NCBI RefSeq assembly: GCF_004010195.1
Contig: NC_057720.1
Location: 14,706,602-14,730,871 of the forward strand
Reading direction: 5' to 3'
From: Chiloscyllium plagiosum
Taxonomy: Eukaryota
DNA: 24,270 bases
Both the position numbers and the translations under genes were made by a program. How positions within the stretch are numbered: the first letter of the stretch is position 1; each line of letters begins with the position of its first letter. This document shows, one piece after another, positions 10,140 through 20,213 of the stretch. The notes under the pieces were generated by a model. The model saw only the letters and a program-made list of their open reading frames with translations, did not search any database and was not told the origin of the DNA.

Positions 10140-11067
10140 TCATTAACCATTCTAAACAATACATTGTGATCTACACTGACCTTTACCCATTCCTTTGTCT
10201 GCCCAACTATTTTTTTTCTCTCTCTCTCTCTCTGGACTCCATCTCCACTTATCATTTACTCCTCCCCTCTTTCAGATTGAAGATCTGGATCCCCCCCCCC
10301 AATCTGGGGGGGTGGGGGGGTCTCTGTTCCACGATCGGTCACTACATACTCACAATCGGTCTGGTTCTTTAAGACTTCACCCTTTATTTCTTCATGCGGC
10401 CGGGCACAGATCATCCAGAAACACAGAAGTTACACACTTGCGTGTTCCTCAGAGTAGCTGTGCACATGGCTTAAAACAAAGACATTTTTATACTTTTCTT
10501 AAAGTAAGGTATAGGCTAAGATTGCAAAGTACATTCAGACAATTACCAATCAATATACAATATGGCTTAATTTGACTGTTACTTGGTCCAACGATGTTTC
10601 CTGGGAACTAACTTTGTCTTGCAACATTCAGGCCTTCATTATCTCACTAACCAAGTCACTGCACCTGCATTTGAAGGTCAGTTCGCATGGCCAGTAATGT
10701 CTTATCTAGTCTGGTTATTTCTATGCTGTAAAGGAAGAATGATCTGTTAATCTCTATTGAAGCAGACTGAGGTTAGTCAATTATGCAGCTATAGCAGAAT
10801 TAAAAGCCATTTATGCAGCTTTTAGCAGAATTGCTAATTTGAAGCCTAGAAGCCATTTTGTCATGTTATTTGCATTGAGAAGCCATTTTATTGCCACCTA
10901 AGTTAAGAGTATCTGTTAAGCAGTTGTTCTTGACAACAACTGGTTACCTCTGTCTGTATTCAGGTTTCAGATCCTCAGGAAATCTGAACCTGAAACTTTA
11001 ACTGTGCTTTATCTCCACAAATGCTGCCAGATCTGCCAAGTTTTACCAGTAATTTCCATTTTTGTCA
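10140..11067 (+). mobile_element. Decayed Penelope-like 3'/pLTR fragment split by the LTR-like insertion (parts 10140-10277 and 10936-11067)
   Basis: The right part, cctgaaactttaactgtgctttatctccacaaatgctgccagatctg, matches the reverse complement of 12094-12191. The left part is a pyrimidine-rich segment recalled as preceding this motif in shark PLEs. Confidence 0.5.
10278..10935 (-). mobile_element. Probable solo LTR (ERV/LTR-retrotransposon-like)
   Basis: TG...CA termini. On the minus strand, in LTR order: U3-like direct repeats (ttatgcagct..tagcagaatt x2; aagccattt x3), CCAAT at 10546-10550, TATAAAA at 10492-10486 and AATAAA at 10388-10383. No convincing TSD. Confidence 0.55.
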
Positions 11068-11089
11068 CTGTTCACGGTGAACAGATTGA

Positions 11090-11900
11090 ATATTTAAGGT
11101 GGCAATGGGATGCTATTCACAGTGTTGTGTCCTGGATGGTGTTGCAGCTACAGAAAAATGCATAATATTGCATCACACCACTCAATTGTGTCCTGAAGTA
11201 AATGGCAAGCCTTTGGGGAATCAGGATGATAGTTACTTGCCATACTCCTGAACTGCTCTCATATCCATAGTACATATGATACTGCTGAATGCTAATGGGA
11301 TAGGATTAGATTCTTTGTTGGAGATGAGCAAACTTTTTTTTTAAAAAAACAGAATCCCTATAGGTCCTTCAGCCCAACAAATCAACATCGACCCTTCAAA
11401 GAGCATCACACCGAAACCCATTCCCCTACATTTACCCCTGACTACTGCACCTAACCTACACATCCATGAACTCTGTGGGACAATATATCATGGCCAATGC
11501 ATCTAATCTGCACATTTTTGGACTGTGGGAGGAAATCGGGGCACACAGAGGAAACCCATGCAGACATGGGGAAAATGTGCAAACTCCATACAGACAGTTG
11601 CCAGAGGCTGGAATTGAACCCAGGTCCCTGGTGCTGTGAGGCAGCAGGGCTAACCACTGAGCCAATGTTATTTGCTGCACTAGTACAGACTCCATTCAGT
11701 ATTAGAGGAGTCATGAATGGATGTGCAGTACCAGTGAAAGTCTCAATTTCAGAACTCAATGGAGGGAAAGGTCACTTACAAAACACCGAAATGTTGGACC
11801 TTGAACACCTCACTGAAGAACGTTTGCAACAATATTCTGGGGTGGAAATGATTGGCGCTGAGCAACCACAACCATCTTTCTTCATATCAGGCCCTATTCT
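11090..11900 (-). mobile_element. Decayed LINE RT fragment (same family as 305-900), interrupted by an HE1 SINE
   Basis: ctttggggaatcaggatgatagttacttgcc...gattagattctttgttggagatg, resuming after 11665 with ttgctgcactagtacagactccattcagtattagaggagtc...caaccacaaccatcttt. Confidence 0.55.
11351..11665 (-). mobile_element. HE1-type V-SINE
   Basis: Reverse complement TGGCTCAGTGGTTAGCCCTGCTGCCTCACAGCACCAGGGACCTGGGTTCAATTCC (A and B boxes), then V-domain and CR1-like tail. Homologous to 8570-8866. Confidence 0.9.
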
Positions 11901-12093
11901 ATTTTGTTAACTGGAGGAACACCTCCCCCACAGAGTTTCACAGGTTTCAGTTTCCCAGGGCTCAACAGGGTCAACCACACAGAGCCCTAAATGGCCGATC
12001 CCTGATTCTGGAGACACTGGTCATCAGGAACATCTTTACTGTTTACTCTGTCTAATCCTGTTTAAACTTTAGTTCTCAAGGACATAGCTGCTA

Positions 12094-12191
12094 AAAACAA
12101 AAAATAGAAATTTCTGAAAAAGCTCGGGTCTGGCAGCATCTGTGAAGAGAAATCAGTTAATGTTTCAGGTCGAGTGACTCTTCCTTAGAGT
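12094..12191 (-). mobile_element. Short Penelope-derived pLTR insertion with decayed hammerhead
   Basis: Minus strand reads CTAAGGA-AGAGTC-ACTC-GACCT-GAAA-CATT-AAC...GATGCTGCCAGACC. Flanked by atagctgcta (12084-12093) and attgctgcta (12192-12201). Confidence 0.65.
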
Positions 12192-12619
12192 ATTGCTGCT
12201 AGACTGGATGCGTGGTAGATGGTAAGGTTGCCTTTGCAGAGTCAACTGGGCAGAGCATTCTAGATTGTCCCATAAGTGTAATCATTAATTTTAGCTACCG
12301 TACCTGCTGTCCTTTTATCCAAACCATTTAAATAAATAGCAATTTAAATAATTCACTTCTAATAACTATCGCAGAGTTTAAGAACACATTTACTCCATAG
12401 ATTAAGCTTTTCCAGCTTGCAGCATAGATCCAAAATACACTTCCAACAACTGAAACCCTGTAAAAATTTGTACTTCCAGCATAATTTCCCCTTTCAGTTC
12501 TATTCTAAGTATCACATAGTTAAAACGAATAAGGAGGAACTGGGTAAATCGAAACACGCCACTTTCTCAATGCGTTGAATAGTTTCAGACTGAAAGATTT
12601 CATTGTTGTTTTGTTCAAA

Positions 12620-12883
12620 TAATCTTTCATATTTGAAGATCAGGGGAATTCTACCTGGTGTCCTGACCAATCATTACCATCTTGGGCATTCTACTTGGAA
12701 ACGTAGGTTCTGATCTGGCAAAAATTTATTACTCAACCAACATCGTTGTCATATTGCCATTTGTGAGGTTTCTCAGACAAACGTGCTGTCATATTTCCTA
12801 CGTTACAAGAGATTCTACATTTAATAAGATACTAAGTTCCAAAACAACTTCATTTGAGAATGTGTACAGGGTATAAGCAAGCA
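12620..12883 (+). mobile_element. Deu-domain SINE remnant (SacSINE1/AmnSINE1-like)
   Basis: caggggaattctacctggtgtcctgaccaat...tttattactcaaccaacatc...atattgccatttgtgagg...tttcctacgttacaa follows the DeuSINE central domain as recalled. Confidence 0.6.
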
Positions 12884-13310
12884 GAGAAAGTTAAATTCTG
12901 AGTTGTGTGAAATAAGAGGTTCAGCTGAGCATGACTCAGGTCAGATAAGAATTTACACTTAACAATGGAGTGCTGCAGACAAGGATAATGGGTTTACAAG
13001 ATGGAAAAACATTCATTATGTCGAGCCATTTAACAAGATGAGGTAGCATTCAGTATTCAATGTCAGTTAACAAGGGGAAAAGTATTTATTGTATTTATTG
13101 TATTTAACAAGGTTAAAAACATTCAATGAGATCAAAGGGCTTGATTGTAAGTGACACCCAATTACTATAGACATTGCCTTGTGTAGATACTCTTGCCTGT
13201 AAAATTATTACATTATGCATTAAGAAACTGCTTGTCGAGAGAAGACAGAGAACCGAAATAAAGATGGAGGAGGTAAACCATACTGTGTCTGAGTGTTTTG
13301 CTTCGACTGA

Positions 13311-13333
13311 GGGGGGGGGGGGGGGGGGGGGGG
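13311..13333 (+). repeat. Poly-G tract (G23)
   Basis: 23 consecutive G. Confidence 0.95.
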
Positions 13334-14124
13334 CAAAACGATAGAGAAAACTTATTTTTAAAATTAGCATTCTTTAAAATATTGCTAAGTCACCTGGTCC
13401 AGGTAGAATGCAGCTGACATTGCTGAAGGAAGTAACAGTAGAAATAGCAGAGACAGTCACAATCTTTCACACTGTATTAAATACAGTTGAGGGACTATGA
13501 TTTTTAATATTAAACTCCAATATTCAAAAGGAGGGAGAAGATTAAACCAGGAAATAATAGGTCTGTGCTAATTGATAAAATAAACTTTTATTCTAAAAGG
13601 TAAGTGTTAATCAAACTAAGCCAACACAGATTTGTTATGGACACATGAATAAGGAACAAAAATGGGGCATTCAGTCCATTGGACCTGCTCTGCCATTCAG
13701 TAAGATCACAGCTGATCTGATTATAAACTCAACTGTATGTATCTACATATCACAGAAACTTTCATCCCCTTGTAATCAAAAATCTAAATACATTTGAGAT
13801 AGAAGTAATGATTCTGCATCCACTCGAGGAAAGGAATTACAAAGACTCAAACCTCAGGGGAAGAAAAATTGTTTCCTCCTCTGTCCAGGCCCCTCATTCT
13901 AGATTCTCCTAAAAGTACCATCAGCAAATTCAGTTACCACATCTGCAGTCCCTTTATCCAAACTATTCAATCAACTGTAAAGAGTTAACACCTCAGCACC
14001 AATCTGTGATACATCACTCATAACATCCTGCCAGCTGGAAAAAGATCCACTGGTTCTTATTCCTCACTTGCTAGTCAGTCGATCTTCTATGTGTGTCAAT
14101 GTTACAATCGACACCATAATCTGG

Positions 14125-14320
14125 GATTTTCAATTGTTCGATTATGAACAGTTACAAATGCAATCCCATATAGGAATGTATTAGTTATAATTTTAAAGAC
14201 TGACTACAACCTCCTCCTCATGCTTATGAACTATTGCATATTGCCCTGCACCGTGTTCCACCTTACATACAAACGGACTCAAGAAAGGAACTGGTTTACA
14301 ATCTGAATCTCTTCAATAGT
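14125..14320. mobile_element. Possible decayed Tigger-like MITE
   Basis: Interrupts the antisense CR1. cttacatacaaacggactcaagaaaggaac resembles pogo/Tigger MITE subterminal sequence. TIRs are not clearly recognisable. Confidence 0.3.
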
Positions 14321-14350
14321 CTTCCCAAATGCCTTTTGGAAATACGACTA

Positions 14351-14571
14351 CAACAGTCCCCCCATACCCACTGGTGATACATTCAAAGATCAATCACAGA
14401 TGTTCAAAACCACAGATAGTAGCAAATCCTGTCATTTAAATGGGACATTTACCTCCCCAGCAACCCCCCCCCCCACCACCCCCAAATCCCTGGTTCTGGA
14501 ACGTTCCATGTAATGTTTTCAGGCCGCAGTAAACCATGGAAACAAATTCTGCAGATATGGGGGTCCTACTG
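14351..14571. mobile_element. Tc1/mariner (Tigger/pogo-like) MITE
   Basis: TA at 14349-14350 and 14572-14573. Imperfect TIRs caacagtccccccatacccac / gcagatatgggggtcctactg. Removing it rejoins CR1 (gaaatacgacta|caacatatccagtgg). Confidence 0.6.
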
Positions 14572-14809
14572 TACAACATATCCAGTGGTCCCTCTTTATA
14601 TACAGCACATGTTACTGCTTCAAAGGTAAAAAGGCAAATGGGTTTGCCAAACCCCTGCAAATTATTTGAGGACAGTAACAGACCTTCCTTTTGTTTTTTT
14701 TTAAATAAATGACCCAGACTGAGTTTAGGGAGCAGCTCAAAGTTTGAGAAGATTTGTAGCTCAGGTGCTCGTTGTTGTGGTTCTGTTCGCCGAGCTGGGA
14801 ATTTGTGTT

Positions 14810-14849
14810 GCAGACGTTTCGTCCCCTGTCTAGGTGACATCCTCAGTGC
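14810..14849 (-). ncRNA. Minimal hammerhead ribozyme (sense to GTF2B)
   Basis: GCA-CTGAGGA-T-GTCACCT-AGAC-AGGGGAC-GAAA-CG-TC-TGC. Intact core, stem I GCA/TGC. Confidence 0.75.
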
Positions 14850-15345
14850 TTGGGAGCCTCCTGTGAAGTACTTGTGTGATCTTTCCTCCGGCATTTGTAG
14901 TGGTTTGAATCTGCCGCTTCCGGTTGTCAGTTCCAGCTGTCTGCTGCAGTGGTCGGTATATTGGGTCCAGATCGATGTGCTTATTGACTGAATCTGTGGA
15001 TGAGTGCCATGCCTCTAGGAATTCCCTGGCTATTCTGTTTGGCTTGTCCTATAATTGCTATCCTTAGTAGCCAGCTATCCTTAGTAGCCACACATGCAGA
15101 TGTCAAGCAACATGAATTCGGCTGGGACAACACTACTATTATAGGACAAGCCAAACAGAGAACAGCCAGGGAATTCCTAGAGGCATGGCACTCATCCACA
15201 GATTCAATCAATAAGCACATCGACCTGGACCCAATATACCGGCCACTGCAGCAGACAGCTGGAACTGACAACCGGAAGCGGCAGATGCAAACCACTACAA
15301 ATGCCGGAGGAAAGATCACAGAAGCACTTCACAGGAGGCTCCCAA

Positions 15346-15385
15346 GCACTGAGGATGTCACCTAGACAAGGGACGAAATGTCTGC
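15346..15385 (+). ncRNA. Minimal hammerhead ribozyme motif (slightly decayed)
   Basis: GCA-CTGAGGA-T-GTCACCT-AGAC-AAGGGAC-GAAA-TG-TC-TGC. CG>TG change in the stem III palindrome. Confidence 0.6.
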
Positions 15386-15799
15386 AACACAAATTCCCAG
15401 CTCGACTAACAGAACGACAACATTAGGGAGCAGCATCATAAAATTTGCAGTGGACGTAAAGTGTGGCAAAGTAGTAGATGACGATGAACCTAATGGTAGT
15501 CTTTATCATGGAAAAAAAAGATGGTGAAATGGACAGAAGTATGGCCAAATGAGTTAAACATGAAGGTGAACTGTTGCACACTGACCAACGGAGGAAGGGT
15601 AAATGACAGGATTTTGAAAAATCAATGGCCAACGAGACACTTTGACACCAAAGTAAATAAATCCATAAAAGTGGTTGAAAAGGTATGGTTAGTTGAACTC
15701 ATACAAGGGGAATAGACTAAAGACAAAAAAAAACTGGTTTATTAAAAAACCACTGGTCACAACTCAGTGGGTATTACAGCAAATCTTTGCTTATGGAGT

Positions 15800-15950
15800 C
15801 TGTACCGTCAAAACTATACTATCTACATTAATGCTACTTTCCCACACTTGGCTGATAGCTTTGAATGTTATGACACTTCAAGCGTTCATCCAAGTGTTTT
15901 TTTTTTAAAAAAGGGCTGTGTTCACCCAGTTCCACTAACCTCCCAGGCAA
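15800..15950 (-). mobile_element. CR1 3' fragment
   Basis: cacttggctgatagctttgaatgttatgacacttcaagcgttcatccaagt...cctcccaggca is reverse-complementary to the CR1 3' end type at 5420-5500. Confidence 0.55.
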
Positions 15951-16449
15951 TAAAAAACAAATTTACTTTACTGCAGAGGCAATCCCCCTCTGAAGTATGG
16001 TCCAGATATAGTGTCAAATCTAAATTTAGTTTGCACTATATATCAGTAATTAAAGCAAAAGCACTGTTCCAGCTACATCATATGGGACTGCAACAACTGG
16101 ACATAAGAAAACATTAACTAAGCTCTGCAACTGAACACGTTACTACTTGCAGGCTTCATTTCTAGTGAATACAAATCATACCAGTACTGCACAGGATGGA
16201 ATTATCCCAAGAGAAATAAACTAGCTCAGCACGTTGGAGATTCAACGCATGACATTTCTGGTTAGTAGGCGTAAAGTGAGCCATTATATATTTACATCTT
16301 GTCAACCCAAACCACGTTACAAACATACAAAAACAGAACAGGACAAAGTGGCTCATCAGGATTTACAAACATCACTAATACCAGCCACATCTCCACCCTA
16401 CATAAATAAATTCAAGCTCCTTTCCAAATTCTGACATCCAATCACCATA

Positions 16450-16700
16450 CTGTCTTCTTTACATAAGAATCTCATACAATAATTATTCTTTTAAATTGTC
16501 AAACCCCACCTAATACAAGATTCAATCTTAAGCGCTCACTGCCTCATTTTTCTGAGACTATCCCTTTTAACAGTACCTAATACTGAATATCTGTTTGAGG
16601 AATAGCCACAGGAAACTTCTGAACTACTTCCTTGACAGTCATCCATCTGACTAATCCTGCTGCGTAATTACTTCTCTAAATCTACTAGTTATCCAAGTGT
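16450..16700 (-). mobile_element. Decayed CR1 ORF1 fragment
   Basis: aacagtacctaatactgaatatctgtttgaggaatagccacagg, whose reverse complement reads approximately PVAIP-NRYSVLGTV, typical of CR1 ORF1 before the esterase domain. Confidence 0.45.
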
Positions 16701-16980
16701 GTCTCTTGTATTCCTTAAATAACACGAAGCCTAAAAAGCAACTTTCAATACCACCCTTTACATATAAAATAAACTACCTTCCCTTACCCAAAGAACTAAT
16801 AAGAACTAAACAACTTAGGTGAACAATCTAATGAAAAATAATTAATAAAAGCAGATAGCTTTCAATCTAAAATTTTTTAAAAATCTCATTCTAGACTCAT
16901 CTACACGTAGGCCTCTCCGAAAGCTCTATAAACAGCTATTTCAAAAATCCTCCTCAGTGATTTTTTAAAATCTCTCTGAC

Positions 16981-17527
16981 ATGGAATATTGCATGCAATT
17001 GTGGTCTCCTTCCTATTGGAAAGAGGTTGTGAAACTTGAAAGGGTTCAGAAAAGATTCACAAGGATGTTACCAGGTTTGGAGGATTTGAGCTAGAGGGAG
17101 AGTTTGAATAGGCTTGGGCTGTCATCCCTGGAGTGTCAGGGGCCAAGGGGTGACCTTATAAAAAGGTTTTTAAAATCTGAGGGGCATTGGTAAGATAAAT
17201 AGACAAAGTCTCTTCCCTAAGATGGGGGAGTCCAGAACTAGAGGGGATAGATTAGGATGAGGAGAAGGTTATAAAAGAGACCTTAAGGGGCAACTTTTTC
17301 ACGCAAAGGGTGGTACGTGTGTGGAATGAGCTGCCAGAGGAAGTGGTGGAGGCTAGTACAATTGCAACATTTAAAAGGCATCTAACTGGGAATATGAATA
17401 GGAAGAGGTTGGAAGGATATGGGCCAGGGGGTGGCAGGTGGGACTAGATTGGTTGGGATATCTGATTGGCATGGACAAGTTGGACCGAAGGGTCTGTTTC
17501 TGTGCTGTACATCCCTATGACTCTATG
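16981..17527 (+). mobile_element. HER1/CR1 LINE 3' end
   Basis: EYCMQLWSPSYWKEVVKLERVQKRFTRMLPGLEDLS and FFTQRVVRVWNELPEEVVEA. Terminus ggaccgaagggtctgtttctgtgctgtac...ctatgactctatg. Confidence 0.9.
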
Positions 17528-18798
17528 TACACGTTTAAGCATATAACATTACGAAAAAAGCTTGAGCCATCCGTGCATGGGCTTCTCCAAAGGCTCGGTA
17601 AACAACTCCATTTGAAAAGTGTTTTTGTTTCACATTTTTGACTATAAAAAAACCAAAATGGACCAAAATAAAAAATCTTTACTACATTTCAGTAGTATGC
17701 CGTAAGAAATCTTGAAGCAAGCTTGCAAAGTCAGGAGCAGCTGCAAGACCCAAGTTACTCTCAGTTAACCTTTTATCCCCCACACAGGCAGGAGATTCTG
17801 CAGCAGAGAGTATGAATTTAGGATTGTATGTTGCTTTCCTAGTGCCAGGATTAAAGACATCACAATATGATTGAAGCATATTGTTAAAGGGGAAAATGAG
17901 AAGTTGGAAGTTTTTGTACACATTGGTAGACAGTTAAGAAAAAGATTAAGGCTTTACACAGCAAATAAGACGTTAGGTAGAAGATTACAAAACAGAACCT
18001 CAAAAGTAATAACCTCTGGTTCAGTCCCATTACTAATTCATATGAAGGAAGAAATAAAAAGATGAGGAGATAAATCAATAGCTGAAGAGTTGGCGTGATG
18101 TTCAAGGATTCAGACTCCTGGAACATTGGGATATCCTCTGGGGCAGAAAAGACCTGTTCAAAAAGAAGGGATTTCACCTCAACTAGAAGGGGATAAATAT
18201 CCTCACGGGGAGATTTGCTAGCTCTATTAAGGGAAACTGTAAACTATTACAGTTGTGGGGGTGGAGGTGGAGGAATCCTAATTAGCAGAGTAAATAGAAA
18301 GACAGATGAGGATGGTTCTGAATCTGAAAATGAACAGTTAGAAAAGATCTACAAGAGCAAGTCAGAGAATGAAATAACTCTGAAGAATTAAACTGCATTA
18401 ATTTCAATGCATGCAGTCTTACAAGCAAGACTGATGTACGAGGGCAAATTTGGGAACGTGGGATTGAGTTGCCATAGCTATTACAGAAATTTGGCTGACG
18501 GATGGACAGGTCTGGCAATTCAATGCTCCAGGGACGACAGAAAGGGAGGCACAAGAGGAGTGGCATTTTTGATTGAGGAAATTACTACTGCAACTAGAGA
18601 AGATATTTCTGAAAAATCATCTTGTGAAAATATGGGTTGAAGTTAGAAATAGGAAAGGAATGATCGCCTTAATGGGTCTGAACTCTAGGCCCTCAATCAG
18701 AGGGAAATTGAGGAACAAGTATGTTGAGAGATCTCAGATATATGTAAGATTAAGAAGGTTTAATAGTAGGCAATATTAATCAAAATATTGACTGGAAC

Positions 18799-19102
18799 TA
18801 CCATAGTATTAAAGGTTTGGATGGTGAAGAATTTAAATGTGTTCAGAATTTTTAAAATCAGCATGTAAAATGGAGAGAAGGAAAAAAACGTGATCAGTGG
18901 CCGAAGTGATCAGTGGCCGAAGTGATCATACCATAGTATTAAAGGTTTGGATGGTGAAGAATTTAAATGTGTTCAGAATTTTTAAAATCAGCATGTAAAA
19001 TGGAGAGAAGGAAAAAAACTTGACCGGCCGAAGCGATCAGTGGCCGAAGCGATCAGTGGCCGAAGCGATCAGTGGCCGAAGCGATCAGTGGCCGAAGCGA
19101 TC
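18799..19102 (+). repeat. 130-bp-period duplication with embedded 16-bp minisatellite
   Basis: 18799-18889 is identical to 18929-19019 (91 bp). Followed by gtgatcagtggccgaa x2.4 (18890-18928) and gcgatcagtggccgaa x4 plus partial units (19026-19102). Confidence 0.95.
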
Positions 19103-20213
19103 GTAGGGGAACGTTTTGGGTCTAGTGATCATAATTCTATTTATTTTAAAATAGTTATGGTAAAGGATAGGCCTTCCATAAAAGTTAAAGTTTTTAATTG
19201 GAGTAAGTCAAATTTTAATGCTCAGAGACAAGATATTTCAAAAGTTGGTTGGAGTACATTGTTCACAAGTAAAAGGGACAACTGGCAACTGACGCTTTCA
19301 AAAGTGTGATAACGGGACTTCAGTGCTATGTTCCTGTTAGAGTAAATGCAAGGCTGGTAGGATTATGGAACCATAAATGAATAAAGATCTAGTCAAGAAT
19401 CAAAAAGAAACATTTTGGATATAGACAACTGGGTTCAAATGAACCTCTCGAACAGGAAGAGAGAATCTTAAGGAGGAGATCAGAAAGGCTAAGGAGGGAT
19501 AGGAGATGGCCTTAGTAGTTCAGGTCAAGGACAATCCAAAGAGATTCCAAGAGTACATTAAGAGCAAAAGAGCAGCGAGAGAGAGAATAGGACCCCTTAA
19601 AGAGCAAAGAGGTCATCTTTGTGTTGAACCTCAAAAGATGGGAAAGGCAATATATTTTGCATCAGTTTTTACTGTGGAGAAAGGAATGGAGGCTAGAGAA
19701 CTCAGGGAAATTAATCCTGATGCTTTGAAAACAATTTATATTACAGAAGAGCCCCCAAATGCAAAGGTCGTAGAAAATATGCAGGTAGATAAGTCTCAAA
19801 CGCTCAAGCAGGAGACCCCCTTGTAGATACAAGTCCAGTGCTGGTCAGAGGAGGCAGAAGATAACTCTGGTACTGTCTGGAATTGGCTGATTGGGCCACA
19901 TTCAAACAGTCCGCAGGTGCCTTGCACAAGTACGCCACCACCGTCACAGCCTTTATAAGTGTGTGGAGGACTGCATACAAAGAAAGTCAATCTGGGTGTT
20001 CCCCAACAGGAATTCCTGGGTGGATCAGGACATACAGAACCTGCTAAAAACCAGGCATGAGGCCTTCAGAACAGGAGACCCACTCAAATATAAGGAATCC
20101 AAGTCTGACCTTCACTCCTCCCTAGAACATCTTAACACCAAGAACAGCTACGTAGAATCCTACTCATTGACTACAATTCAGCCTTCAACATTATCCTCGA
20201 GACTGATTACTAA

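Larger units (their letters stand above)
13642..14625 (-). mobile_element. CR1 3' portion inserted antisense into an older CR1
   Basis: Reverse-complement 3' tail at 13642-13720 (gacctgctctgccattcagtaagatcacagctgatctg). RT remnants continue to ccaaatgccttttggaaat...catgttactgcttcaaag (FEAVT...FQKAF). Confidence 0.65.
14737..15422. mobile_element. Palindromic Penelope-like element (GIY-YIG C-terminus plus pLTR in inverted arms)
   Basis: Arms 14773-15055 and 15138-15422 differ by 12 substitutions and one 2-bp indel (hand count). 12-bp TSD ttagggagcagc at 14725-14736 and 15423-15434. Peptide HEFGWDNTTIIGQAKQRTAREFLEAWHSSTDSINKH. Confidence 0.92.
13250..15790 (+). mobile_element. Old CR1 ORF2 fragment interrupted by younger insertions (parts about 13250-13640, 14626-14736, 15435-15790)
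   Basis: Decayed motifs in order: KSPGP, ccaggaaataatagg (PGNYR), agccaacacagatttgtt (SQHGFV), then ggcaaatgggtttg...tttgaggacagtaaca, ataaatgac and aaatttgcagtggac (KFADD). Confidence 0.6.

Noticed and set aside
13250..14650. Single CR1 with an internal inversion or twin priming
   Set aside because: The + strand CR1 resumes at about 14626 and both strands carry the FEEVT-like region, so two independent copies explain it better.
14725..14730. TTAGGG at the start of the TSD, suggesting telomere targeting
   Set aside because: It is a single hexamer within CR1-derived sequence, the other TSDs lack it, and the element is GIY-YIG-bearing rather than an endonuclease-less telomeric PLE.
14436..15392. 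Overlapping ORFs on both strands as novel small proteins
   Set aside because: They are mirror products of the Penelope palindrome. Only the GIY-YIG C-terminal peptide is meaningful, and it is truncated.
18890..19102. 16-bp repeats as a CRISPR array
   Set aside because: Units are directly tandem with no unique spacers, there are no cas genes, and the context is a eukaryotic intron inside a CR1.
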